Part shown: positions 1 through 9,450 of the stretch, in pieces
How the letters are laid out: every line of letters starts with the position of its first letter
How positions within the stretch are numbered: position 1 is the first letter of the stretch
Source: Sphingomonadales bacterium
GTDB lineage: Bacteria; Pseudomonadota; Alphaproteobacteria; CAZZKF01
Assembly (NCBI GenBank): GCA_046756385.1
Contig: JBHHWG010000005.1
Span: forward strand, 1,817 to 65,816
Direction: 5' to 3'
Length of the DNA stretch: 64,000 bases
Notes under the pieces: model-generated
Told to the model about the DNA's origin: nothing
What the model saw: the letters and a program-made list of their open reading frames with translations, nothing else
Database searches by the model: none
Program-made: the position numbers and the translations under genes

Positions 1-1130
1 GCGAGCCGCGATCGGTCTTTTTCACCGGCTCGTCGCCGTCGCGCATCAGCGCCCGGATCGCCGTCGGCGCGGTGTAGAAGATATTGACCTGGTGCTTGTC
101 GACGACCTGCCAGAACCGGGACGCATCGGGGTAATTGGGGACGCCCTCGAACATCAGGGTGGTCGCGCCATTGGCGAGCGGGCCATAGACGATGTAGCTG
201 TGTCCCGTGACCCAGCCCACGTCGGCCGTGCACCAATAAATGTCGCCGTCATGATAGTCGAAGACATATTGGTGGGTCAGCGCCGCATAAACCATATAGC
301 CGCCGGTGGTGTGCAGCACCCCCTTGGGCTTTCCGGTTGATCCCGACGTATAGAGGATGAACAACGGGTCTTCCGCCGCCATCTCCTCAGGTTCGCAGTC
401 ATCGTCCACCTGTTCGGCCGCCTCGTGATACCACACGTCCCGGCCGTCAACCCAGTCAATCGCGCCGCCGGTATGGCGAACGACGATCACGCTGTCGACA
501 TTGCCGGCTTGCTCGATGGCGGCGTCGGTGTTCGCCTTCAGGGGGATCGATTTGCCGCCGCGCACCCCCTCGTCCGCCGTGATTACACAACGCGAGGCGC
601 AGTCCTCAATGCGGCCGGCCAGGGAATCGGGGGAAAATCCACCGAAGACGACCGAATGGACGGCGCCGATCCGGGCGCAGGCGAGCATTGCATAGGCCGC
701 TTCCGGGATCATCGGCATGTAGATCGTGACCCGGTCCCCCTTCTCGACGCCCCGGGCCTTGAGCACATTGGCCATCCGGCACACCTCGCGGTGGAGCTCC
801 CGATAGGTGATGTTCCTGGAAACCGAGGGATCGTCGCCTTCCCAGATGATCGCGGTCTGGTCGGCGCGCTCCGGCAAGTGGCGATCGACGCAGTTGACGC
901 TGGCGTTCAGGGTGCCGTCGTAAAACCATCGGATATGAACGTCGCCGGAAAAGGAGACATCCTTGATCTTGCTGTAGGGCTTGATCCAGTCGATTCTCCG
1001 GCCCTGCCCGGCCCAGAACGCCTCCCCATCCTCGATCGACTGTTTATAAAGCGCGCGATATTTATCGTCGTCGCACCAGGCGTCGCGGGCCCATTCTTCC
1101 GGGACCGGAAAAACTCCATGTTCTGACATG
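1..1130 (-). CDS. acs: acetyl-CoA synthetase, N-terminal ~376 aa; the C-terminus runs off the window start, so it is absent from the ORF track
   Basis: Reverse-strand translation from the ATG at 1130 gives [43 protein letters not shown]...[12 protein letters not shown]...[14 protein letters not shown]. These are the AMP-binding/acetyl-CoA synthetase signature motifs. Confidence 0.9.
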
Positions 1131-1291
1131 ATTGTGACGGCTCCCCTCTCCTTTTTATCAAACAATTGCTATAGGCTCTGCCGCATCGTGGCCTAAAGTC
1201 GAACGCGATCATAGGGACCGGGTTGTGCCGGTGACAAGCAATCTGTTGCAACCGGGCGGCCGACGGCCACCCGCCAAGGGAGTGGTTCTTG

Positions 1292-2047
1292 ATGTTGTTG
1301 AGTTTGGCGACCTGGCCGGAAATAGAAGCCTATCTGCAATCGTCAAGCGGCGTCGTGGTTCCGATCGGCTCGACCGAGCAGCATGGTCCCATGGGCCTGA
1401 TCGGTACCGACGCCATCACCGCCGAAGCGATCGCCAGGGGCATCGGCGACACAACCGGCGCCCTGATCGCGCCGACTTTCAATGTTGGCCGGGCCGAGCA
1501 TCATATGGCGTTTCCCGGAACCCTGACCCTGAGGCGTTCGACCATGATCGCGGCGCTTGCCGACTGGGTGACCTCGCTGGCCCGTCATGGTTTCGAGCGG
1601 ATCTTCTTTATCAATGGCCATGGCGGCAACGTGCCGGTCCTGCAAGACGCCTTCAAGGCGATCCACGACAAGCCGGTGCTGGCCAGGGCCGGGGACAATG
1701 CCGCGCGGCCGGTCCGGTGCAAGTTCCAAAGTTGGTGGGCTGGCCCCACAACAGGCAAATTGTGCAAACAGCTTTACGGCACGGCCGAGGGCATGCACGC
1801 AACGCCGTCCGAGGTCGCGATTACCCAGCATGTCTACCCCCATGCCATCAAGCACGCCGATCTTGAGCCCCGTGTCGCGCCGGTGGGCCCGATCAAGGGA
1901 CCGCGGGATTATCGTCATCGATTTCCCGACGGCCGCATCGGTTCGGACTCTTCGCTGGCGACGCCAGAAGCCGGAAAGGACATCTTGAGCACGGCAATTG
2001 CCGAACTTGGCCAGGTCTATCTCGATTTCCTGTCGTCCGAGCAGTGA
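1292..2047 (+). CDS. creatininase (creatinine amidohydrolase) family protein
   Basis: The ORF 1289-2047 begins with a TTG, then the ATG at 1292. IGSTEQHGP and FINGHGGN motifs are typical of the creatininase fold. Confidence 0.75.
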   Translation: MLLSLATWPEIEAYLQSSSGVVVPIGSTEQHGPMGLIGTDAITAEAIARGIGDTTGALIAPTFNVGRAEHHMAFPGTLTLRRSTMIAALADWVTSLARHGFERIFFINGHGGNVPVLQDAFKAIHDKPVLARAGDNAARPVRCKFQSWWAGPTTGKLCKQLYGTAEGMHATPSEVAITQHVYPHAIKHADLEPRVAPVGPIKGPRDYRHRFPDGRIGSDSSLATPEAGKDILSTAIAELGQVYLDFLSSEQ

Positions 2048-2064
2048 CCGGACGACCAACCGCG

Positions 2065-2997
2065 ATGGCGAACCAAACCGCTCAGCGCTCCGGCGTCTCT
2101 CCCGCGGGCCGCGCGGCCATTGCGTTGCCGGCGCTGTTTGTCGGCGCCACCTGCATCGCCTTCGCCCCGATTTTCGTCCGCCTGAGTGAGGTCGGACCAT
2201 CGGCGACTGCTTTCTGGCGGGTCGCTTTCTCGATTCCATTGCTCGCTCTGTGGATGGCGCGGGAACAACGGAGGGCTGACGCACCCCGGCGTGCCCTTGG
2301 TTGGCGCGACTATTGGCGGTTAAGCGCGGCCGGCGTGTTTTTTGCCGCCGATCTGGCTTTGTGGCACTGGTCCATCAAGTTCACCACGGTCGCCAACGCG
2401 ACATTATTCGCCAATTTCGCCCCGATCTTCGTGACCATGGCCGCCTTTTTTCTGTTCAGGGAGCGGTTCAAGCCGTTGTTCCTGCTTGGTCTCGCGCTGG
2501 CGGTCGGGGGCGCCACCGTGCTGGTGGGAGCGAGCGTTCAGCTTAGTACCCGCCATCTGATTGGCGACGGATTGGGGATCGTCACGGCTGTTTTCTATGG
2601 CGCCTACATCGTCGCGGTCGGCCGGCTGCGCAGCCGGTACTCGACCGCGACCATCATGACCTGGACCGGTGTCGTCTGTGCCCTGGTTCTGGCTACGGTG
2701 GCGTTATTGTCCGGCGAAAGCCTGGCCGCCGCCACCCTGTCGGGCTGGCTGGTTCTGCTTGGTCTGGGATTGACCAGCCAGGTCGCCGGCCAAAGCCTGA
2801 TCGCCTTCGCGCTCGCGCATTTGTCGGCGGCCTTCGGGTCGATCAGCCTGATGCTTCAGCCGGTCGTGGCGGCGGCTCTGGCGTGGGCGCTGCTGGCCGA
2901 AGGCCTGGGCGCGCGCCAAATCGTCGGCGGAACGGTGGTCTTGATCGGAATTTTTCTCGCCAATCGGGGGCGGGACAGGGGCCGAACGAGCGGCTAG
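2065..2997 (+). CDS. DMT superfamily (EamA-like) transporter
   Basis: About 10 predicted TM helices; duplicated EamA-like halves; ATG at 2065 lies inside the longer track ORF. Confidence 0.75.
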   Translation: MANQTAQRSGVSPAGRAAIALPALFVGATCIAFAPIFVRLSEVGPSATAFWRVAFSIPLLALWMAREQRRADAPRRALGWRDYWRLSAAGVFFAADLALWHWSIKFTTVANATLFANFAPIFVTMAAFFLFRERFKPLFLLGLALAVGGATVLVGASVQLSTRHLIGDGLGIVTAVFYGAYIVAVGRLRSRYSTATIMTWTGVVCALVLATVALLSGESLAAATLSGWLVLLGLGLTSQVAGQSLIAFALAHLSAAFGSISLMLQPVVAAALAWALLAEGLGARQIVGGTVVLIGIFLANRGRDRGRTSG

Positions 2998-4003
2998 ACA
3001 GGCAGCGGGGCTCCGGTCGGCTCGACATTAAACGGTCGGCTCAACAGTTCCTCGATCACCGCATCGATCCCGGCGCCATGATTGAGAATCCTGTTCACGC
3101 CCTGGCAGATGGGCATCTCAATGCCTGTTTTTTCCGCCAGTTCCGCGACCGCGCTGGCGGAAAACACGCCTTCGGCCACGGTATGCCGGGCGCCCAGAAT
3201 ATCGTCGAGGCGTTGTCCCCGGCCCAGCGCCGCGCCCAGGGACATGTTGCGCGATTGTTCGCTGCTGCAGGTCAGAATCAGGTCGCCGAGCCCACAAAGC
3301 CCCATCAGGGTCTCAGAGCTCGCGCCCTTCGCCCGGCCCAGGCGAAGCATTTCGGCGAGGCCACGGCTGACCAGTGCCGCCCGCGCGTTTTCCCCGAGAT
3401 TGCGACCGCTGATAATGCCGCAGGCGATCGCGAGGACATTCTTGATCGCGCCGCCGATCTCCGCGCCGACCAGATCCGGGGCCAGATAAGGCCTGAAAGT
3501 CGGCTGGCCCAGGGCTTCGATCAGAGCGGCGCCGATCCTGGCGTCGGCACAGGCCAGGGTGACCGCGGTCGGCAGTCCGCGCGCCACTTCGGCCGCGAAG
3601 GTCGGCCCGGACAACACCGCAATCGGCGCGTCGGGCAATGTTTCGGCCACCACCTCGGTCATCAGCATGAGGGATTTTTGCTCGATGCCCTTGGAACAGA
3701 TCACCGCCGGGGCGCCCGCCGCCAGATGGTCGCGCAGTTGTTCGGTAACAGTGCGCAGATGCTGTGCCGGCGCCACCAGCAGCACCGCGTCGGCGTCGGA
3801 GATGTCCACCAGATCGCCGGTGGCGCGGATGCGCGAATCGAGATCGATCCCGGCCAGGAAAACCGGGTTTTCATGTCGCGCGTTAATGGCCTCGACAACG
3901 TCCCCTTCCCGCGCCCAGATGACCACGTCATGCCCGGCTCTGGCGGCGACAGTGGCCAGTGCGGTCCCCCAGGCGCCGGCGCCGGCTACAGCTATTTTTT
4001 TCA
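2994..4003 (-). CDS. gpsA: NAD(P)H-dependent glycerol-3-phosphate dehydrogenase
   Basis: VKKIAVAGAGAWGTALA Rossmann motif and a GpsA-like C-terminal half; GTG start at 4003 inside the longer track ORF. Confidence 0.9.
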
Positions 4004-4178
4004 CAGCAAACCTCGTCGATTTTGATCCGTTATGCCTGCCGGGAGCGGCACTTGCAAGCCTTGGCGCATTCGGCAATACTCGGCGCCGGATATGGGCCGG
4101 ACGCGGGCTGGAAATACCCAAATCGACGCCGGTGAATGGAAATTTGATTATTTATTATTTTCCGGCTATAAAGAAGTC

Positions 4179-4769
4179 ATGGCATCTAAAGAAGAGATCC
4201 GTGAGCGGATTATCGATGCGGCGGCAGAGCGGCTCGCGCATTTCGGTTACACCAAAACCTGTATGGCCGAGATCGCCGACGACTGTGATATGTCGCCGGG
4301 TAATCTTTACCGTTATTTCGATAATAAGCTCGACATCTGTGAATGCATCGTGCGCCGGGCGACCGAGGAACGGCTTGCGGAGTTGCGCGAAATCCTGCGG
4401 CAGCCGGGGCTTTCGGCGTCTCAGTGCCTCAAGACATATATTCTTGAGGAAATGGACAAGACCTACAAGAAATTCGAACGCTATCCGACCCTGGTGGAAC
4501 AGACGACTCGCGAGCTGATCACCCAACGGCCGTTACTGATGAACGAGTTTCTGGCGGCGTCGCGGGCGCTGCTCGCGGAAATTTTGTCGATGGGCAATGC
4601 CAACGGTGAATTTGTCGTCGAAGACGTGGTGACCACGGCCGAAATGATCCAGTCGGCGACCATGAAATTCCGTTATCCACAGCTTCACAGCAGCCTCGAT
4701 CTCGAAAACCTGGAGCGCGAGGCGCGCGGTGTGATCCGTCTGCTGATCGGCGGCCTTACCAAGCACTAG
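4179..4769 (+). CDS. TetR/AcrR family transcriptional regulator
   Basis: N-terminal HTH ERIIDAAAERLAHFGYTKTCMAEIADDCDMSPGNLYRYFDNK is a TetR_N signature; ATG at 4179. Confidence 0.8.
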   Translation: MASKEEIRERIIDAAAERLAHFGYTKTCMAEIADDCDMSPGNLYRYFDNKLDICECIVRRATEERLAELREILRQPGLSASQCLKTYILEEMDKTYKKFERYPTLVEQTTRELITQRPLLMNEFLAASRALLAEILSMGNANGEFVVEDVVTTAEMIQSATMKFRYPQLHSSLDLENLEREARGVIRLLIGGLTKH

Positions 4770-4842
4770 AACCGAATTCCCGGCGCTGGACCGGCGCATA
4801 AATGCGGGTCCAGTCAAATTTTGCCTCTTTTTTTGCCCCATG

Positions 4843-4889
4843 ACTGAATAATAACAAAAATATTCATTGTTATTTCGTTATAATTCAGT
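4843..4889. promoter_or_regulatory. nested AT-rich palindrome between the TetR gene and the mini-ORF; candidate TetR operator/promoter
   Basis: AATAACAA-N9-TTGTTATT (4850-4874) sits inside the outer arms ACTGAATAATAAC / GTTATAATTCAGT (11 of 13 complementary). It lies in a ~45% GC stretch of an otherwise high-GC region. Confidence 0.35.
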
Positions 4890-4978
4890 TATAAGTCAAC
4901 TAAGTTGAATCGTGGTTTTGAGACATGCCTGGCCCGGCCCGGCCCTGGCCACGGTGATTACTCGACAGGAGACCCATC

Positions 4979-5119
4979 ATGAGACGCACTCGATCGAACC
5001 GACGCCCAGACCTGTTCACCGGCGGCGCCAAGATTCTGTTGCTGGTTTTTATTTTCGCCGGCTATGCCACGGCGTTGTCGGACCTGGTGACCGAAACCGG
5101 ATTCGGACGGATTGTGTAA
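4979..5119 (+). CDS. 46-aa single-pass membrane mini-protein, hypothetical; below the ORF-track length cutoff
   Basis: ATG at 4979 is preceded by AGGAGA at -12..-7. Translation: MRRTRSNRRPDLFTGGAKILLLVFIFAGYATALSDLVTETGFGRIV. Basic N-terminus plus one hydrophobic helix. The stop codon overlaps the first base of a hairpin-rich repeat. Confidence 0.5.
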   Translation: MRRTRSNRRPDLFTGGAKILLLVFIFAGYATALSDLVTETGFGRIV

Positions 5120-5277
5120 TACCAAATCCCGATGAGGGCGACTCATCGGGATTTGGTGGACGTGACCCTATTGATTGGAAACAATCAATAGGGTCAAGGA
5201 CTAGCGACCAAGGGGGAGCGCAGCCTGCGTGGCGCTTGAACGCGGATACAAGGGTCATGCTTAATGACCCTTGGTAT
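5119..5277. repeat. MITE-like dispersed repeat, family 1, copy 1 (complete)
   Basis: 7-bp terminal inverted repeats ATACCAA...TTGGTAT. Three internal hairpins: CCAAATCCCGATGAG/CTCATCGGGATTTGG, GACCCTATTGATTG/CAATCAATAGGGTC and AAGGGTCAT/ATGACCCTT. Near-identical copies occur at 15160-15328 and 11356-11438. Confidence 0.7.
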
Positions 5278-5297
5278 AAGCCCCGGCGGCCGCTTGA

Positions 5298-6380
5298 TTA
5301 AGTTGCGATCCGGCGGGTCTGCGCCGCCGCCGGGTCGAGCGGCCAGCGGGCCTTGGCCTCAACATCAAGCCCGTCCATGAGCCCCAGCGCCAATCTCTCG
5401 ATTCCGGCCCAGGCGATCATGGCGCCGTTGTCGGTGCAATATTTCGCCGGCGGCGCCATCAGTTCAAAACCCTGCTCCCGGCACAGCGCGTCGAGTCGCC
5501 TCTTAAGATAAGTGTTGGCGGCCACACCGCCGGCGACCACCAGGACATTCCGGCTCCCCCGCATCGCAGGCGATGCCGCCGCGCGCATGATCTCCATGGC
5601 ATTGCGCGTGCGGTCGCATAAAACATCGGCGACCGCGCCCTGGAAACTGGCGGCGATATCCGCCCTGTCCTGGGCCGACACCGCATTCATGTGGCGCTCC
5701 AACAGCCGGCGCACCGCCGTCTTCAGGCCGGAAAAGGAAAAATCGCATCCTGGGCGGCCGCGCATCGGACGCGGCAATTCAAACCGGTCAGGATCGCCAA
5801 TTTTCGCTGCTTTTTCAATCTCCGGGCCGCCGGGATAACCAAGCTCCAACAGCTTTGCGGTCTTGTCGAACGCTTCTCCGACCGCATCGTCGATGGTGGC
5901 GCCCAGGCGCTGATATCGCGCCACGCCGGAGACCCGAATCAATTGGCAATGACCTCCCGAGACCAGCAACAAAAGATAGGGAAAGTCGATGTCGGCCGTC
6001 AGCCGCGCCGACAGGGCATGGCCCTCCAAATGGTTGACGGCGATGAGCGGCAGGTCCCAGGTCGCGGCGATCGCCTTGCCGGTCATCAGTCCGACGATGA
6101 CACCGCCGATCAGTCCGGGGCCCGCGGTCGCCGCCACCGCGCTCAAGCGATCAAACCCGATGCCGGCGTCCTTCATGACACCGGCGATCAGGCCGTCGAG
6201 CCGCTCGATATGCGATCGGGCGGCGATTTCGGGCACCACGCCGCCATAGGGACGATGCTCGGCGATCTGGCTGTATACGGTTTCCGCCAGCACCCGCTTG
6301 TCGCCGGTGATCACCGCCGCGGCGGTCTCGTCGCAACTGGTCTCGATCCCCAGAACAATGGTGTCCGCACCGGCCGCCAT
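5298..6380 (-). CDS. tsaD: tRNA N6-adenosine threonylcarbamoyltransferase
   Basis: [14 protein letters not shown] and VSGGHCQL...GYPGGP motifs of the Kae1/TsaD family. Confidence 0.9.
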   Translation of the reverse strand: MAAGADTIVLGIETSCDETAAAVITGDKRVLAETVYSQIAEHRPYGGVVPEIAARSHIERLDGLIAGVMKDAGIGFDRLSAVAATAGPGLIGGVIVGLMTGKAIAATWDLPLIAVNHLEGHALSARLTADIDFPYLLLLVSGGHCQLIRVSGVARYQRLGATIDDAVGEAFDKTAKLLELGYPGGPEIEKAAKIGDPDRFELPRPMRGRPGCDFSFSGLKTAVRRLLERHMNAVSAQDRADIAASFQGAVADVLCDRTRNAMEIMRAAASPAMRGSRNVLVVAGGVAANTYLKRRLDALCREQGFELMAPPAKYCTDNGAMIAWAGIERLALGLMDGLDVEAKARWPLDPAAAQTRRIAT

Positions 6381-6450
6381 GTGCTATTGAACTCCAAAAT
6401 ACGCCGATCCGGTCTGCCGGATCCTTTCAAAGCCTGTTATACGTTGCGCC

Positions 6451-7389
6451 ATGATTTCGCAAGCAAAGCTTCGCATTGGAACCAGGGGCTCGCCCCTCGC
6501 GCTCGCTCAGGCGCACGAGGTCAGGGACCGGCTGGTCAAGGCCCATGGCGACCTCGACGCGGATTGCATCGATATCGTGGTCATCAAGACCAGCGGCGAC
6601 CGCATCCTGGACCGGCCGCTGGCCGATATCGGCGGCAAGGGGCTTTTCACCAAGGAAATCGAGGACGCCCTGCTGACGGGCGACGTCGATCTTGCGGTGC
6701 ATTCGTTCAAGGATGTGGCGACGGTGCTGCCGCCGGGCCTGGTGATCGACTGCGTGCTGGAGCGGGAAGATCCGCGGGACGCCTTTATCAGCCTGAAGGC
6801 GCAAACCCTTGCCGACTTGCCCGCGGGATCGGTGATCGGCACCGCGTCACTGCGCCGTCAGGCCCAGATCCTCGAATTGCGTCCCGAGCTCGAAGTAGTG
6901 AATTTCCGCGGCAATGTCCAAACCCGGCTGCGCAAGCTGCAAGACGGCGTGGTCGACGCCACGCTATTGGCGTGCGCGGGGCTGCGCCGGCTGGGCAAGA
7001 CCGATGTGATCAGTTCCATCATCGAGGTCGAGGACATGCTGCCGGCGGTGGCTCAGGGGGCGATCGCGATCGAGACGCGAGAGAACGACCCGGACACCGC
7101 GCGACGGCTGACGCCGCTTAACCATGCCGCCACACGGGCTTGCGTTGCCGCCGAACGGGCGCTGCTGGAAGCGCTCGACGGCTCGTGCCGGACGCCGATC
7201 GCGGGTTTGGCTCAAATCGAGGGTGACGGCCGGCTTGTTTTGCGCGCCGCGCTCTATACGCCAGACGGCGCCAAAGGCTGGCATGCGGTAAGGCGCGGGC
7301 CGGTTGACGAGGCGCGCCGTCTTGGCCACGACGCCGGGGATGAACTCAAGCGTCTCGCGGGACCCGACTTTCCAGTAGTCGACCAATGA
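6451..7389 (+). CDS. hemC: hydroxymethylbilane synthase (porphobilinogen deaminase)
   Basis: LRIGTRGSPLALAQA N-terminus and GSCRTPIAG cofactor-binding motif. Confidence 0.9.
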   Translation: MISQAKLRIGTRGSPLALAQAHEVRDRLVKAHGDLDADCIDIVVIKTSGDRILDRPLADIGGKGLFTKEIEDALLTGDVDLAVHSFKDVATVLPPGLVIDCVLEREDPRDAFISLKAQTLADLPAGSVIGTASLRRQAQILELRPELEVVNFRGNVQTRLRKLQDGVVDATLLACAGLRRLGKTDVISSIIEVEDMLPAVAQGAIAIETRENDPDTARRLTPLNHAATRACVAAERALLEALDGSCRTPIAGLAQIEGDGRLVLRAALYTPDGAKGWHAVRRGPVDEARRLGHDAGDELKRLAGPDFPVVDQ

Positions 7390-7426
7390 CCGATCCCCGG
7401 CATGCCTGTCTCTTATCTGGCCCGCC

Positions 7427-8137
7427 ATGCGCATTCTGATCACCCGACCACGGGCTGATGCCGAGCCGCTGGCCGCGACCCTGATCGCCCACGGTCACGA
7501 TGCTATCATTGAGCCGATGCTCGACATCCGGCCGGTGACGGGTCGGCCGCTCAATCTCGATGGGGTGCAGGCGGTTCTGGCCACCAGCGCCAACGGCGTG
7601 CGGGCCCTGGCCGGTGTGAGCGACGAACGCGCCATGCCGATTTACGCGGTCGGCGACGCCACCGCGCGTCAGGCTCTGGCCCTGGATTTTACCAATATCC
7701 GCTCCGCCGCCGGCGACGTTCGTTCGCTGTCCACCCTGGTGGCAAGGGATTTCGACCCGCGGGACGGGACCCTCATTCATGTCGCGGGCAGCCACCTCGC
7801 CGGGGACCTGACGTCCGAACTCCAGCGTAGGAAATTTACTATACGCCGCGAAGTGCTGTATTGCGCCCGGGCGGCCAGGCGTTTGAGCGATCACGTCCGG
7901 GCGGCCCTTTCCGGGGGCGCGATCGACGCCATTATGTTTTTTTCGCCACGCTCGGCCGACATTTTCGTCAATCTGGTCGTTCAAGCCGAACTCGGCCCGG
8001 CCTGCCGTGGGACTGCGGCCCTGTGCCTAAGCAAGGCCGTGGCCGACAATGTTACCTCGCTACCTTGGGCCAGGGTCGCCATTGCGTCCGAACCCACCCA
8101 GGCATCGCTCCTGAAGTTGATCGGAATTGGCCCCTAG
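7427..8137 (+). CDS. hemD: uroporphyrinogen-III synthase
   Basis: HEM4-like fold with MRILITRP start; immediately downstream of hemC. Confidence 0.8.
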   Translation: MRILITRPRADAEPLAATLIAHGHDAIIEPMLDIRPVTGRPLNLDGVQAVLATSANGVRALAGVSDERAMPIYAVGDATARQALALDFTNIRSAAGDVRSLSTLVARDFDPRDGTLIHVAGSHLAGDLTSELQRRKFTIRREVLYCARAARRLSDHVRAALSGGAIDAIMFFSPRSADIFVNLVVQAELGPACRGTAALCLSKAVADNVTSLPWARVAIASEPTQASLLKLIGIGP

Positions 8138-8158
8138 GATACAGTAGGATTTATCCTA
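8135..8158. promoter_or_regulatory. inverted repeat TAGGATA-N10-TATCCTA upstream of the mic60-like gene
   Basis: Perfect 7-bp arms in the 41-bp hemD/mic60 spacer; the spacer contains a direct TAGGAT copy. Confidence 0.25.
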
Positions 8159-8178
8159 ATCCTGTCCAGGGGCCGGCA

Positions 8179-9450
8179 ATGTCGACGCAAAACGAGTTCC
8201 GCGAACAAGTCGAAGCCTTTCTCAAACGCCATCAGTTTGGCGCGGCGACATTGGGCAGTCAGGCGCTCAAGGATCCCAAATTCGTTTCCGATCTGCGACG
8301 CGGACGATCGCCGTCGCTGAAGACCATCGACCGGGTTCGGGCATGGATGGCCGCCTATGATGCCGAGCATGGCGGCGATCAAGGCGGCGATCAGGGGAGG
8401 CCGGAATTGAGTAAGCCGCGAAGTTCGCGCTTCAGATCACGGCTGTTCGGGGTCGTTGCGGCTTTGGCCGTCGTGGCGGTGCTGGCCGGGGCCACGGTGA
8501 GTTTCTGGCCCGATGTAAAATCGTGGCTCGGTCCGGTAGTGGCGTGGTTTTCCGATAGCTCAGACGCGGAAAATGACATCGCGGATCATGCGCGCCGGCT
8601 GGTGGAGCTGGAAGGGCGACTCGCCGCGACGCAAAAGCGGCTGGAGGAAATGGAACGCTCGGTCCGAAATTCGGCGCAAAATGCCAGGCCGGGCCCGGCG
8701 GACGCGACGCTCACGGATTTCAACGCCCGTTTGAGCGCGCTGGAACATGCTCCGGCGGCGGGCGGGACCGCGTTGGCCCTGGAGCCGGTGCAGGCGGAAC
8801 TGGCGCGGCTCGGGGTTGCAACAGACGAGATTTATGTGCGGCTGGAAGACCTCGAACAATCAGGTTTTGGCGGCTATGAAGGAACCACCCTGTTGCTGGC
8901 GTTTGGCCGACTCGAAAACGCAGTCGCCTCGGGTCGTCCGTTTCGCGAACCGCTGGCCTATTTTACCACGCTGCTGTCGGGCCGGTTGGATGACGCACAG
9001 AGGCGGACGGCGCTTGATGTTCTTACGGCGCGCGCCGGGATCGGGGTGGCGGGTCTAAAGGCGCTCAAGGCGCGTTTTCCGGACATGGCGCGGGAGGTGA
9101 TGCGGGCAGCGGCGATTCCCCGCGACGCGGGCTGGGTTGACGAAACCATCGCCCGGCTCGGCATGTTGATCACCATAACGCCCAGGGGCGACAACTCGGG
9201 CAACCAACCGGCCGTCGTGCTGGCCCGCGCCGCCGCGTTCCTTGAGGCCGGCGAACCGGGTCAGGCCGCGTCGGCTTTGGAGCCGCTGGTTGAGGACGCG
9301 GCCGAGGCGGCGGCCGCGTGGCGGCGCGACGCCCGCGCTCTCGCGGCGATCCAGGATGCGCTGGCCACGCTCGAGACCTTGTTGTACGAGGACCTGTCGC
9401 GGGCAACCGCGTCCGGCGACCGGCCCGAACAGGGGGTTCCCGCGCAATGA
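8179..9450 (+). CDS. mitofilin-family (alphaproteobacterial Mic60/HemX-like) membrane protein with a ~90-aa cytoplasmic N-terminal extension
   Basis: ATG at 8179 lies inside track ORF 7861-9450. One TM helix (LFGVVAALAVVAVLAGATVSFW) at about residue 95-116, a coiled-coil segment (LVELEGRLAATQKRLEEMERS), and a C-terminal alpha-helical domain. Position between hemD and a HemY_N gene matches the known alpha-Mic60 synteny. Confidence 0.6.
   Translation: MSTQNEFREQVEAFLKRHQFGAATLGSQALKDPKFVSDLRRGRSPSLKTIDRVRAWMAAYDAEHGGDQGGDQGRPELSKPRSSRFRSRLFGVVAALAVVAVLAGATVSFWPDVKSWLGPVVAWFSDSSDAENDIADHARRLVELEGRLAATQKRLEEMERSVRNSAQNARPGPADATLTDFNARLSALEHAPAAGGTALALEPVQAELARLGVATDEIYVRLEDLEQSGFGGYEGTTLLLAFGRLENAVASGRPFREPLAYFTTLLSGRLDDAQRRTALDVLTARAGIGVAGLKALKARFPDMAREVMRAAAIPRDAGWVDETIARLGMLITITPRGDNSGNQPAVVLARAAAFLEAGEPGQAASALEPLVEDAAEAAAAWRRDARALAAIQDALATLETLLYEDLSRATASGDRPEQGVPAQ

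Noticed and set aside
5691-7121. 476-aa ORF, and many other 100-600-aa ORFs antisense to real genes. Examples: 12925-13959, 16672-17778, 18171-19316, 20334-21428, 21656-22789, 27045-27932, 31249-32472, 40724-41545, 46588-48441, 50305-51231, 55748-56512, 56753-57577, 61797-62750, 63034-63996.
   Set aside because: Arg/Gly/Ala/Pro-rich, stop-free stretches typical of the antisense strand of high-GC genes. The opposite strand carries clearly recognisable housekeeping proteins in each case.
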